Assembly (NCBI GenBank): GCA_964487745.1
Contig: CAZASG010000002.1
Location: 46,360-110,359 of the forward strand
Direction of reading: 5' to 3'
DNA from: an uncultured Anaerolineaceae bacterium
GTDB lineage: Bacteria > Chloroflexota > Anaerolineae > Anaerolineales > Villigracilaceae
Length of the DNA stretch: 64,000 nt
Below the pieces are notes generated by a model. The model saw only the letters and a list, made by a program, of their open reading frames with translations, was not told the origin of the DNA and searched no databases. Of this stretch, positions 23,301-32,800 are shown piece after piece. The stretch's first letter is position 1. Every line of letters begins with the position of its first letter. The translations under genes were made by a program, and so were the position numbers.

Positions 23301-25621
23301 TCGTATCCTGTTTCTTCCACGCCGTCCGTGTAGACTACGACAATGGGTTTGGCTTCATCAGATGTACGAATAAGTTCCCCATTTTCATCAAAGTATTCGA
23401 TAGTCTGGGCATCACCATTTGCTCGAAGTGCCGGGAACCAGACACCCATGATATTCAATTTGGACTTGGAACTTGTCAGTTCCGGTGTTCTCGAGACACC
23501 CCTGCGGTGCATATTGGCATTTATGGAGCGGTCCAGATTAGCTATGGCGTCGTCTGCTGAGACTGAGACCAGAGGAGCCACACCAGCACACTGATTAATC
23601 GTTCCCTGGATCACTGCCTCGACTTGAGCGTCATTGGCAAAATCAACACCTGACAACCCAAGCAGTGCAACTGTCTGATCTAGGCAACCTGTAATCTCAT
23701 CAGTGATGCTAATGCCATCTTTGGGGCTGGCATCAACATCCAGGCTTTGGAGTAAGCGTGCCATATTGATCACGCGTGGATCATCAAGATCGCCATTCTC
23801 GAAAATATCAAGAGGAGATATCTTCTGCTCTATAAGTGTGGAGCCTAAAAATACAGAACCGATGTTTAGGTCAACCGTTTCTCCGGGGAAGTAATCAAAT
23901 CCGCCGGATTCATCGGTCTTCCCGACATGCGTGGGTGTTTCAAAACTGACGCCCTCAACAGGTGAGTCGATAAAGTGAGCGCGTCGAGGGTGAGCCATTT
24001 CATATTTGATCCACCATGCCCAGCGTGCACCTTCAAAGGTGCCATCGCCATAAGCCCAGGCGCCTTCCTCTTCAATAACTCTGGGCTCTCCGGGGTTGGG
24101 CCCGCGCTCCTGCTCGCTCTCATCCAAAATCACCAGATCGGCATGGACGGCGATATTCTGAACGCGCAAGTACTCATAAGGCTGCCCCCAGCGGAAACCA
24201 AGGTCTTCTTCCATATCTAAAACCAGGAAGTAACGATCAACTGGATCAGGATATTCTTCCTTGATGGGGAAATGTCCCTGAACCGGGTTCCCGCTCTTGG
24301 AAGTTGGCACCGGATCAATACCGTAATAAACCTGGATCGTATTGATCAACCAGGCGCCGTTCAATTCGACCCGAATAAAGAGTTTGTCGCGTGAGTTCCA
24401 AACTGCAACTACGCCAGCGGGATTTTCAAAATCCTGCCCGGCGATCAATGGGGTCACAAAAAGACCCGGTCCCGCAGGCGGGAACCCCGGATCCGTATTA
24501 TTATCCCAAAGGAAGTCCGGTGATTTACTGTTGATCGTGGGTGTAGCGGGCAAGCCATCGGAATTATGGACATCGCCATTCTTTCCTTTAGGAGCGTCAA
24601 CGGTAAAGTTGAACTCGGCATACCAGCTATCAAAGTCATCTTCCCAGGGGCGCACGAACCATGTGTAGGTATCGTTAGATAATGCGACCGCAGGTTCAAA
24701 TGCACAAAGACCATCCAAGCAGATCACATCGCTACCAACAGCATACCAGCCCAAAAGCACGTCATCCCCTTTGCTGTCGACAACGTTAACCTGATACTGG
24801 ACTGCACCAAGGGTTTCTTCCCAATAGAATGCGGGAGTATTACTTGTAAGCAATTCCCCGTTGAGGGGGGAGATGAGTACCGGATCCGCCTCGGGATCGG
24901 TATCTGCTTCTGTTTCAGGAGCAGGTTCCGGGTCCGGAGCGGCTTCGGGTACTATCCATCCCGCCAATGTGCCGTCATTATCTTCATCCCACTGTGTGGC
25001 AACAGCCCAAGAGCCAGCCAGAAAATCGTAGGTAACCTGGCTCTCATCACTGAAATCGGAGAGCCAGTTCCCACCAAGATCGGCTAGCGCCTCGCGACTA
25101 CCATGACAACCATCTTCCCAACACCCCCAAAGCTCCAATGCGCTTTCAGGCGCGGCAACGCCAGAAACCACGTCGGTTTCTAAATCGACGTTTGTAATAG
25201 ACAAGGCAGTAACTACATGTTTTTTTGTGGTAGCACCATCACGGAGGATGATCTCAAAGCCGGGTTGAATATCAAAAACATCAGTGAGATCAAAGACCAG
25301 TTTCGTATACCCTGCATTGTCATCGACAACCATAGCAGATGTGGAATAGTCTTCTTTTTTCTTTGTGTCAGGGTCATCAATGATGAGGGTTACAACTGTT
25401 TCAAGCCCCCAATGATAAGTGTATATCTGGTCATGTGCTGCGTTGACCAAAAAGCCAATTTCTTCAGGAATCGCTTCATCAAAAGGTTGGCCTGGGCCTT
25501 CGACAACCTGTAAGGCTGTATCTGTAACTGCTGTCTGCGCTTGTACAGCCTGTGTCGGAAATGATCCGAACAGCAGTACAAATACTGCCACAATAGACAG
25601 TAATCTATTAATATTTTTCAT
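20363..25621 (-). CDS. large exported multidomain protein (1,752 aa): one repeat module, several beta-sandwich domains, and an Asp-box (BNR-like) core with a di-CXXCH insertion
   Basis: Start set at MKNINRLLSIVAVFVLLFGSFPTQAVQA/QT (ATG at 25621; GAGGAGA 6 nt upstream). Asp-box motifs are SRDDGYTF and SFDGGQTW (20978-21001). The core from about aa 750 to the end aligns by eye with ORF 29879-33850. Confidence 0.85.
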   Translation of the reverse strand: MKNINRLLSIVAVFVLLFGSFPTQAVQAQTAVTDTALQVVEGPGQPFDEAIPEEIGFLVNAAHDQIYTYHWGLETVVTLIIDDPDTKKKEDYSTSAMVVDDNAGYTKLVFDLTDVFDIQPGFEIILRDGATTKKHVVTALSITNVDLETDVVSGVAAPESALELWGCWEDGCHGSREALADLGGNWLSDFSDESQVTYDFLAGSWAVATQWDEDNDGTLAGWIVPEAAPDPEPAPETEADTDPEADPVLISPLNGELLTSNTPAFYWEETLGAVQYQVNVVDSKGDDVLLGWYAVGSDVICLDGLCAFEPAVALSNDTYTWFVRPWEDDFDSWYAEFNFTVDAPKGKNGDVHNSDGLPATPTINSKSPDFLWDNNTDPGFPPAGPGLFVTPLIAGQDFENPAGVVAVWNSRDKLFIRVELNGAWLINTIQVYYGIDPVPTSKSGNPVQGHFPIKEEYPDPVDRYFLVLDMEEDLGFRWGQPYEYLRVQNIAVHADLVILDESEQERGPNPGEPRVIEEEGAWAYGDGTFEGARWAWWIKYEMAHPRRAHFIDSPVEGVSFETPTHVGKTDESGGFDYFPGETVDLNIGSVFLGSTLIEQKISPLDIFENGDLDDPRVINMARLLQSLDVDASPKDGISITDEITGCLDQTVALLGLSGVDFANDAQVEAVIQGTINQCAGVAPLVSVSADDAIANLDRSINANMHRRGVSRTPELTSSKSKLNIMGVWFPALRANGDAQTIEYFDENGELIRTSDEAKPIVVVYTDGVEETGYEDIFAGISRDDGYTFKRMNLSRAADRTSFTLENGMEYFGQAKKPVFQVKGNNILVAWTSKFCNGGKPRYAIDPDDDYPYDDAYYEGDTWGVGGPQRSIDYTDIGFPEVGEIPYSCVWVARGTVVTDKMINSGGYWADKVVGDIVWFKPERLTSGRRDANQIFIGAADGAGFAITWQEDPEGLRPGEAAGPGPGWGGATTNHKTDIWYSYITMSNFSKIDANFVSGGDPQHELDVTGRPKALVPMAMPVRITDNAAVNTDNMKVELDEDGYPVLDENGEFIPTDNVSSTSDTSAISYEAENLTSCVKFEGGETIVERDSTEAATYHALPSTLPADHLSTKNCTNCHVPFGLEPHDIHTPTQGAPIPLVVVDATIPEYLGGFTNADCVSCHYNNVVPRDRVIPVMPGLDINAKVAECNSKGAIWKDEIEAYYPYEGYPYIPATEDDSTGAHNYAYKVPGLCENFYEFTNNQGALKRVCITEDGRLLDGDTGASRPNVFLQAYTKPDGTKSAWAIMAYEETKGVGLGDPGHVPDGGPYGDDESPDVGKNAIYHSFDFQNPEVVSAGNIMNLPERDENGNLVYIINPETGEQLLDYLGRPQLAYENARRPRFVMQGKGAIGDSRTVMLVLYREGQEGKGHQADTMLRRVVASSKGNPYAFENFVCDAWETAANGEEVCVAGVQNMSSVTPTEVTPSMGDPIAEDPYGAVKVVKWQQGPGNLNDSSSANPYDDSRAHRGQIRGDFIVMGFTYTPNWAAARNGNDKYDLFIRRSFDGGQTWTTDPTMDPNEVYETCDTFTDPLTKEKTEICNQYGPGEFEQMRNMSQLANNKETVIEPRIVAAPGTIKVNGVWTGRAEDKQNKNVFYVSYGTSTNPPIEHGDSTVVPEMPAPLDLYYTFTQNRGNSYQFSTWEVNPDSDGNYAGEVVTRWAALAKGDEEQGEAQLRMTPDGTRFYSTWLQEGNGSSDIWFRRIMPYQFKANQGSQ
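22136..22282 (-). other. two CXXCH (haem-c attachment) motifs 44 residues apart
   Basis: CTNCH is encoded by the complement of 22268-22282 and CVSCH by the complement of 22136-22150. Context: STKNCTNCHVPFGLEPHDIH...FTNADCVSCHYNN. Confidence 0.55.
24953..25438 (-). repeat. ninth copy of the repeat module, located in the neighbouring protein
   Basis: WGLETVVTLIIDDPDTKKKEDY...DIQPGFEIILRDGATTKKHVVTALSITNVDLETDVVSGVAAPESALELWGCWEDGCHGSREALADLGGNWLSDF...TQWDEDNDGT. Confidence 0.7.
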
Positions 25622-25736
25622 TGCATTCTCCTCTCGTTCAAACATGGGCCTGTTTAAAGTCGGTAAATAATTATGAAAAGACTGCCTCCTCTCATTTGAA
25701 AAAAAATTCAATCTTTGTTCATTTTTTATATATATT

Positions 25737-26120
25737 TCATTCGATCAGACTATTTTCGATCTCCTTCTTTACTTGATTTTTGAAAGCAATTTCGTCGCTA
25801 ACAAAATCGCATAATTCTTGCATTGAGCCGCTGGGCTCACATTTGCAGTGGTACAAAAAGACCAGTTTATTTGCCAAGTCAATCGCTAAATGCGATACTT
25901 CCGCTTGCTCGCTGATAATCGTAAAAATAGGAGCGGTACCGTTCCGGCTCAATTCATAAATAATCAAATCAGGTTTGATGGATAATAGATATTCATCCAC
26001 GTCATAGATATTTGCGTTGACTCGTGTCACAATAGATTTTCTATGTGCTAAAAGACTCTCCGCCACACCATCCATAAATACCGAGTTTCCTAACAGAAGC
26101 ACGTGTGGATCAACTGACAT
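25737..26120 (-). CDS. hypothetical 127-aa protein with weak receiver-domain-like pattern
   Basis: AGGAGA SD lies upstream. HVLLLGNSVFMDGVAESLL...KPDLIIYELSRNG...IFTIISEQ resembles the beta1-alpha1...beta3 layout of CheY-like receivers but lacks the acidic pocket and the phospho-Asp. AT-rich. Confidence 0.45.
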   Translation of the reverse strand: MSVDPHVLLLGNSVFMDGVAESLLAHRKSIVTRVNANIYDVDEYLLSIKPDLIIYELSRNGTAPIFTIISEQAEVSHLAIDLANKLVFLYHCKCEPSGSMQELCDFVSDEIAFKNQVKKEIENSLIE

Positions 26121-26338
26121 ACCACTCTCCTGTCTACAAGCTTTTATTAATTACTTCTAATATAAGTATAGAGAGCAGCGAGAGGCTTTTCTATTACCCC
26201 ACCCCTCATTTAGGCATGATAAAAGAGCCATCTTTACACTCTTTTAGGATTAGTCCCTCTTAGAGGAGGGACTACCCCCAAAAAAGAAAAAAACCCAATA
26301 AGGGCTTTTGGATTTCAAATTTAGAAACGAGCCTTAGC

Positions 26339-26992
26339 TTAAATAAGCCCTTCCTTTTTGGCGTATAAAACCGCTTCCTGACGTTTTTCAAGGTGAAGCT
26401 TTGTTAAAATTTTTCGCATGTGGCTTTTTACAGTATGGATACTCAAATTAAGGGTCTGTGCGATTTCCTTGTTGGTCTGCCCCGCTGCAACATGCTCCAA
26501 GACTTCTTGCTCGCGTGCCGTCAAGGTGGCGGGGTTGGTAATGGACGTATCTATTGCATGCTTGCTGATCCGTCGGAACTCTGCCAACATGCGCCCCCCC
26601 AATGTTCGCGTAATGGCTGCTTCATCACGCATTGCCCCTCGCAAAGAGGCAAGCAACTCACGCGAGCTGACATTCTTAAGCAGGTAGCCTTGCGCTCCAT
26701 TTCGGATCGCTTCAAAAACATTTTCGTTTTCATCGTTGACTGTGAGCATGACGATGGTAACATCCGGTAATTCTTTTTTTATACGCTGGGTTGCTTCCAA
26801 GCCATCACAAACCGGCATTGTGACATCCATTAAAATCAGGTCCGGAGATAATTCTTCAGCTTTAACAATGGCCTCCAAGCCATCCGCTGCTTCTCCCACT
26901 ACTTCAAAATCAGGTTGCCCTGCCAAAATATTCACCAGCCCTTCACGAAAAAGCAGGTGATCATCGACGAGTAATACACGTGTTTTAGACAT
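26339..26992 (-). CDS. NarL/FixJ-family response regulator (receiver + LuxR-type HTH)
   Basis: MSKTRVLLVDDHLLFREGL...PDLILMDVTMPVCDG..., with a C-terminal LTAREQEVLEHVAAGQTNKEIAQTLNLSIHTVKSHMRKIL. The start overlaps the kinase stop by 8 nt. The upstream extension in the ORF track is rejected. Confidence 0.85.
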   Translation of the reverse strand: MSKTRVLLVDDHLLFREGLVNILAGQPDFEVVGEAADGLEAIVKAEELSPDLILMDVTMPVCDGLEATQRIKKELPDVTIVMLTVNDENENVFEAIRNGAQGYLLKNVSSRELLASLRGAMRDEAAITRTLGGRMLAEFRRISKHAIDTSITNPATLTAREQEVLEHVAAGQTNKEIAQTLNLSIHTVKSHMRKILTKLHLEKRQEAVLYAKKEGLI

Positions 26993-29489
26993 AATCATCC
27001 CCTTCCATAAAAATCTCCGGCATATAAACAAATCCATCCAAAGCAAGATAATCTGGGTCCTCATCCAACATCCACGATAATTGGACTCTTGTTCCAAGAC
27101 CGGGTTCTGAGGCAAATTCCAGATGGGCACCCAAGCGTGTAGCACGCGCGTTCATGAGCTTTATCCCAAAATGGTTTCCATTTTGGGCATGTACATGGGT
27201 CGTATCAAACCCAATCCCGTTATCTTCCACTTTAATAATCACTTTTTCATCGAGTTGCTCCCCTGAAATATGTACTTTTGTCGCTTGGGCGTGTTTGCGA
27301 ATATTTACGATCGCTTCTTGTACAATAGGTGTTAGTTGTGCTACTTGAGCAGGGGGCAATACCAAAGGTGCTGTGAAAGAGAAACTTGTATCAAAAAGAA
27401 TTGAATTTTCTTCAGAAGCTTCCTCCGCCAAGGCAGCAAGCAACTCCTGGAGTGTTTTTCGGGGTTCCGGTATTTTCTGCAAGCTGGCAATGGATTTACG
27501 CACATCCAGAGATGCTATGTCGACGGTTTTCCGAATTTCTTCCAAGGCTTCAATTCCACCCCCGTTTTTATCGGAAGGAAATAGTTGTGTAACCTGATCA
27601 ATCTTTAACCCGAGCAAGCTTATCGTCTGCGCCAAGCCATCGTGCATATTTGCAGCGATCCGCTGACGTTCTTCCAACGCTGCCGCCCATTCCAATTGCT
27701 TATGGAGATAAGCGTTTTCCAAAGCAACAGATGTATGAGAGACAAAACTCTCGACAAGTTCAATATCTTTTGAGCGCCAAGGCTTTCCATCTGATCCATC
27801 CAAAACAAAAAGATTAATGATCTTCTTGCCACGCTTCCAGACCCGTGTGCAGAGGAGAGAACGGTTGCCTAACCCCTCTTGCCAATGACGCGGTATGCAT
27901 TTGTCTTGGGCAATATTTTCAATCACTATAGAAGCTTTCGTGCGACATAACGCATCAAATAAATGGCCATCATTAGGGCTTATTGCCATGGCCGCCTTCA
28001 TGTCCAGATCAAAACCTTCACTGGCGATCCAGGACAAAACTCCCTTTTTCTTATTCCATGATAGGAGACAGGCAGCTTCCCTTCCGGTTAGTTTAATTGA
28101 CTGAGCGATAATTTCTCTAGTGATCTGATCCACATCAAGCGTGGAACCAAGTTTGATACCTGCCTGATGCAAAGTGCTCAATTCCTCAGCCCATGCTTCA
28201 GCTTCTTGATAGAGATAGGCATTTTCGACGGCCATCCCGACCTGATTACACATACCAGCCAGCAGGTCCAAAGTCGTTTGCTCCAAAGGTTCCGCCTGTT
28301 GTGAGCCAAGTGCAATTGCCCCAACGATCTGATCCTTTGCGATCAGAGGCGCTCCCATCAAGGTACAAATGATTTCTTTCTCAAGATGGATGCTTCCATG
28401 TGCTGCTTTATCATCGAGGGGCTCACTGATAACCTGCCTGCTATCAACCGCTTGTTGCGCAATGAATCTATATGGGCATTTATCCGCTGCGCATAAATCC
28501 AGATCATCTTGTGACAAGCTTCCTCGATAAGCCCCCAATAACAAATTCTGACTCTTTTGATTGATTAGAAAGATCACGCCTACATCCATCGAAAGCACAG
28601 GGAGCATTTTGTCCAAAGCAAGGTCTAATACTGTTTTCAGGTCAAGAGATTGGCTGAGCGAATCCGCAATCTCATTTTGGGCAACCAACATAGCTGTTCG
28701 TTCATCAACCAAATCTTCAAGGTGATCGCGATACTCATCCAACTCTTCTTCCGTTTTTTTCTTTTCAATGGACATCTCTTTCAAGTACACAAAACCGAAG
28801 ATGGGTATTGCCAAGATATGGAAAGTGTTGCTTATTGGACAGAGGAAATAATTGTATGCTTGATTCGTTGTATAGCTTGCCAAGCGTATAATTTCGCTGA
28901 TTAAAAAGAAACCCAATGCGACGCTGACGAGAGATCGCAACCAATCGCGTTTCCTGGCCAAGACAAAGATCGCAGCCGCGATCAGGACAAAAGAAAGGAT
29001 ATGAAAAGCCCGGGCTTCCCATGTTTCACTGAATTTAGCACCGGGGTTGAGATTAGAGAATTTAGGCCAGGTGATATAAGTTATTAGAAAAACCGTAACT
29101 ATTATTGATAATCCAACCTGTAGATAGCGGCGGGATATGCCTTCGTCGTCCAATGCATATCGCAGGAAAGCTCCCGCAACAACGATCAGCGCAGCCACCT
29201 CCAGACCGTGTTCCAAAGGATGATAATAAATATCTTCGCCTCCCCCTGTTATTTGCCAAACGGTCAATCCGAACATCATTAATTCGCGCGTCAATGCCAA
29301 ACCAAATCCCCAGATGAGTAATTTTTCACGCGGCAAATGCTGGCTTTTCTGACGTGTCCAGGCAATAGCCAGCAGCACCAACCAAAAGGCTGATGCTAAA
29401 CCAAAACGCACCAAATTATTCTCGGCAGGACCCGGTCCACCGGAAAATTGTTTAATCGCTAAGATAAAAAAATCCCCAAAGGTTTCCAT
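26985..29489 (-). CDS. sensor histidine kinase: about 7-8 TM segments, GAF domains, HisKA_3 and HATPase_c
   Basis: 834 aa with a hydrophobic N-terminal third and GAF-like central repeats. The NarX-type H-box is ERQRIAANMHDGLAQTIS. The ATPase motifs are EAIVNIRKHA, VEDNGIGF and GIKLMNARA. Confidence 0.85.
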   Translation of the reverse strand: METFGDFFILAIKQFSGGPGPAENNLVRFGLASAFWLVLLAIAWTRQKSQHLPREKLLIWGFGLALTRELMMFGLTVWQITGGGEDIYYHPLEHGLEVAALIVVAGAFLRYALDDEGISRRYLQVGLSIIVTVFLITYITWPKFSNLNPGAKFSETWEARAFHILSFVLIAAAIFVLARKRDWLRSLVSVALGFFLISEIIRLASYTTNQAYNYFLCPISNTFHILAIPIFGFVYLKEMSIEKKKTEEELDEYRDHLEDLVDERTAMLVAQNEIADSLSQSLDLKTVLDLALDKMLPVLSMDVGVIFLINQKSQNLLLGAYRGSLSQDDLDLCAADKCPYRFIAQQAVDSRQVISEPLDDKAAHGSIHLEKEIICTLMGAPLIAKDQIVGAIALGSQQAEPLEQTTLDLLAGMCNQVGMAVENAYLYQEAEAWAEELSTLHQAGIKLGSTLDVDQITREIIAQSIKLTGREAACLLSWNKKKGVLSWIASEGFDLDMKAAMAISPNDGHLFDALCRTKASIVIENIAQDKCIPRHWQEGLGNRSLLCTRVWKRGKKIINLFVLDGSDGKPWRSKDIELVESFVSHTSVALENAYLHKQLEWAAALEERQRIAANMHDGLAQTISLLGLKIDQVTQLFPSDKNGGGIEALEEIRKTVDIASLDVRKSIASLQKIPEPRKTLQELLAALAEEASEENSILFDTSFSFTAPLVLPPAQVAQLTPIVQEAIVNIRKHAQATKVHISGEQLDEKVIIKVEDNGIGFDTTHVHAQNGNHFGIKLMNARATRLGAHLEFASEPGLGTRVQLSWMLDEDPDYLALDGFVYMPEIFMEGDDYV

Positions 29490-29514
29490 TCGTTACCTCA
29501 TCCCCTTCTTGACG

Positions 29515-29539
29515 TAAAAAACCTGTCTTTCCAAGACAG
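29515..29539 (-). terminator. terminator-like hairpin in the kinase leader (candidate attenuator)
   Basis: The minus strand reads CTGTCTT-GGA-AAGACAG followed by GTTTTTTAC, about 25 nt before the kinase ATG. An upstream AGACAG (29571-29566) could pair alternatively with CTGTCT. Confidence 0.35.
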
Positions 29540-29580
29540 CTAACACGCATTCTTGCGTATAGCTTCTGTCTATACAAATC

Positions 29581-29609
29581 ATTGTAGCAAAATATATTAC
29601 AAACTTCAA
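29581..29609 (-). promoter_or_regulatory. candidate sigma70-type promoter of the kinase/regulator operon (TTGAAG-17-TACAAT)
   Basis: Read on the minus strand: -35 TTGAAG (29609-29604), 17-nt spacer, -10 TACAAT (29586-29581). Confidence 0.4.
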
Positions 29610-29699
29610 TTACTACACAGCACTCAGGACTAATCCTCTTGACAATATTTGGGTATAAAAAATCGCTCTTTTATCATCCCCAGATGACACTTAGGGATG

Positions 29700-29728
29700 T
29701 TGAAGCCGATGCTTGGACTCTCTATAAT
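29700..29728 (+). promoter_or_regulatory. candidate sigma70-type promoter of the divergent Asp-box protein gene (TTGAAG-17-TATAAT)
   Basis: -35 TTGAAG (29700-29705), 17-nt spacer, consensus -10 TATAAT (29723-29728). This leaves a leader of about 145 nt before the GTG at 29879. Confidence 0.45.
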
Positions 29729-29878
29729 TTTAATTGTATTTTAAGGTTTCATCGTTCTTTAGCAATTACAGGGACAAGATACCCTATACCAACAACGAAC
29801 ACACAACATCAAAAGGGGTGACTCTCTCGCTACGATCCCTGTTTTCAAATAGCCCTCTTCCGAGAAAGGAGATGCAAA

Positions 29879-32800
29879 GTGAAAAGACAAATCTATAAAA
29901 CAATTGGTGTGGTATTGCTCTTGTTTATTCTGGTCACTACAGTTTTTGCCGATGATGGAACTATTTTCAGGAGAAATGTCTCTGGTACTCCGCACGAGGA
30001 AACAGAGCATGCGTCGATTAAAATGCTGCCGGTCTACGTTCCTGCTCAAGCTTCAGATGGAACACTATTGACCGAAGGTATAGATATCATAGATGCAGAT
30101 GGAGCACTAGTCGAGACCCGTTTTGATGTCCAGCCGCTGATCGTACACTACAATGATGGACACGTAGAAACCATTGATGTAGACGGCTACGGTGGCTTCC
30201 CGGGACACGGAGAGCGCGATGCATTTGCCGGGGTCAGCCTGGACGGCGGTGCAACATGGAAGACCACTAACCTATCCAACTCTGCCGACCGGTCTTCCTT
30301 TAAAATCAAGCTGGGCGGGAGAAAAAAATTCCCCTATCCAGGTGATGTTGGACGTTCCTTCATGGCCTCGGACGGCAATCAGGTACTTATCGTCTGGGTA
30401 AGCCGATTTGCTGGTGGAGGTAATCCGAACTATGCAATGAGCGATGAAGAGCGAAGCCTGGTCGCAGATTATCTGGCAGGAACAGGCGCGATCCCAGATG
30501 CTTCAGCATGCACCGACGGTGACCTTATCGGAACTCCCTGCATCTACCTGGAGGATCATTTCAGCGTGGCTGGTTCGCAGGGTTCATCAGATCTCGCCGA
30601 CGAAGGCTACCCGCTGATCGGTGAGCTGCCTTACGCTGCCCTCTGGGTGGCTCGCGGTGTGATCATGCCGCCTGCAGCAGAAGGCGAGGCCAGCACGTTC
30701 GTCTGGTTCAAGGCCGAACGCTTGAGCTCAGCTGTACGTGATGCCAACCGACCGGAAGCATCCTGCGTCAAGGGCGCCGGATGTGTCGTCACCTGGCAAG
30801 AAGATCCTGATGGGATTCGCCCTGGCTCAGGTGATGGGCCTGGCGAGGGCTGGAGCGGGGCTATTGCCCACCACCAGACCGACACCTGGTACTCTTATAT
30901 CGACTGGAACGACTTCAACCTGGTCAGCTTGGACGGGACCTATGGTTCTCTCCTCAATGATACCGGTGATCTTGCTGAATGGATTGCTGCCAATGATTCA
31001 GGCAGCCCTTCTGCCGCGATCCCTATGTCAATCCCGGTACGCCTTACAGATAACTCGATGTGTGTTGCTGCAGATGACAAGCCCTACTGTTATGCCGACT
31101 TTGACAATAGCGGAACCCCCGACTTCTGTGCCGATTCAACAATAGTCAGCATTGAGGTACCAGATGAAGGTGGAGAAGCGGTAGCACATGATGTCGATAT
31201 GTGTATCACCGAGGACGGACGCTTGATGCGTGGTAATACCGCCTCGACACGTGCACGGCTTGGTCTGAATGGTTACTCTTCTTTGGGCGACTATAGGGTT
31301 GATCCAGCAGCCTACCCGATCGACAGTGCCTGGTTTACCGTATCTTATGAGGAAAACAAGGGTCTTGGTGATGAAGGTGAGGATGAGGTTGTACCCGAAG
31401 ACCTTATTGAAAAAGTCGATATGGGCAAGAACGTCTGGTATCACACCTTCGATATGTTCAATCCCGAACTTGTCTCACAGGGCCTGATGCTTAACCAACC
31501 TGCTGTCTACCCGGAAGACTTTTCAAATCCCGAGGGCTTTTTAACTCAGGAAGCAAGCCTGGGCTATAACTTCTACACCATTGATCCCGATCCAATCTAT
31601 GAAGATCAGGCTAATCTCGATACTACACTTTACCAAACTGAGATATCCCGACGACCAAGCAAAATCACTCAGGACTGGTACGATGCTGGCGCCTCTGGCA
31701 CAGTAGCTTTCCAACTGTGGAAGCAAGGTATCATCCGGCGCGGCGGCCCCGCTGACATCATGGGACGGCGTTTTGTGATCCCGGATGAATTCGATGCGAC
31801 CACGGATAACCCTTATGACTACAACAACATGGTCTGTAACACATGGGCCTACACCGACGGATTGAACCCACGCTACGTCAAGGGTTTCTGTGCCGACCCG
31901 GCGATTAACCTTTCTGGCAACACTATCCTAACAAGTGAAAATTGTGGTGATGCTACTAGCTGTCTGGATGTTTACCCCTTCAATGACTACTACGATGATC
32001 TCGATATGACTGATCAAACTGATGGAGTCTCCAAGATATATACCTGGGAGATGGTCGGTCCTGGATATGGAGAGACGATAACGGATACAACTCTAACCAA
32101 TCTTGACGATCTCTCCTGGGAAAATCCCTATGATATGGCAAAGGGACACCGCGGCTTCCTGGCTGGTGACATGTTGATGGTGATGTACGGCTGGACGCCA
32201 AACTGGAACGACCTCCAGAACGGCCATTCCATCGTAAACCTGTATGTCCGGCGGTCGTTTGACGGCGGGCAGACCTGGAGTACCACACCAGGCAGTTTCA
32301 CCCACACCAACGGTATTACCTACAGCGGTGACGGGACAACCACCTGTGAGTGGATGGGACCAATTTCTGAACAGTACCCTGAGTGCGTGGATTATGGGGC
32401 AGGCGATTTCGAGCAAGCTCGCAACGTCTCCCAACTCGGTGGTTCTCAAGTGACAGTCCTCGACCCAAGATACTCACCGACGACAAGAAGCATCACTGAA
32501 GCATCGGTCAGCTCCGAATCGCTGCCTACAGGGTTTACCGCCCCGCTCTATCCCGATGATACCCGTGACCCCTCACGCTTCTTCATGGTCTATGAAACCG
32601 GTGAGACAAGCGCATATGACGCTGGCGAAGCCACCCCGCTTGACCTGTTCTACAGCAGGGCTATCGAGTGGGGCGACGAATACCTGGTATGGCAGGACGA
32701 AGCTACAGCAGATTGCTTGCCTGCAGCAGATACTGAAGATGAATTTGATTTGTCGGGTTTCTGCAACGAGTTTGATGCTCTCGAAGGAAGTCAGTTCGAC

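Noticed and set aside
29639-29644. Perfect TTGACA hexamer as a -35 box in the divergent region
   Set aside because: No acceptable -10 lies at 16-18 nt on the plus strand (TATAAA is only 10 nt away). The TTGAAG-17-TATAAT pair 60 nt downstream is a much better candidate.
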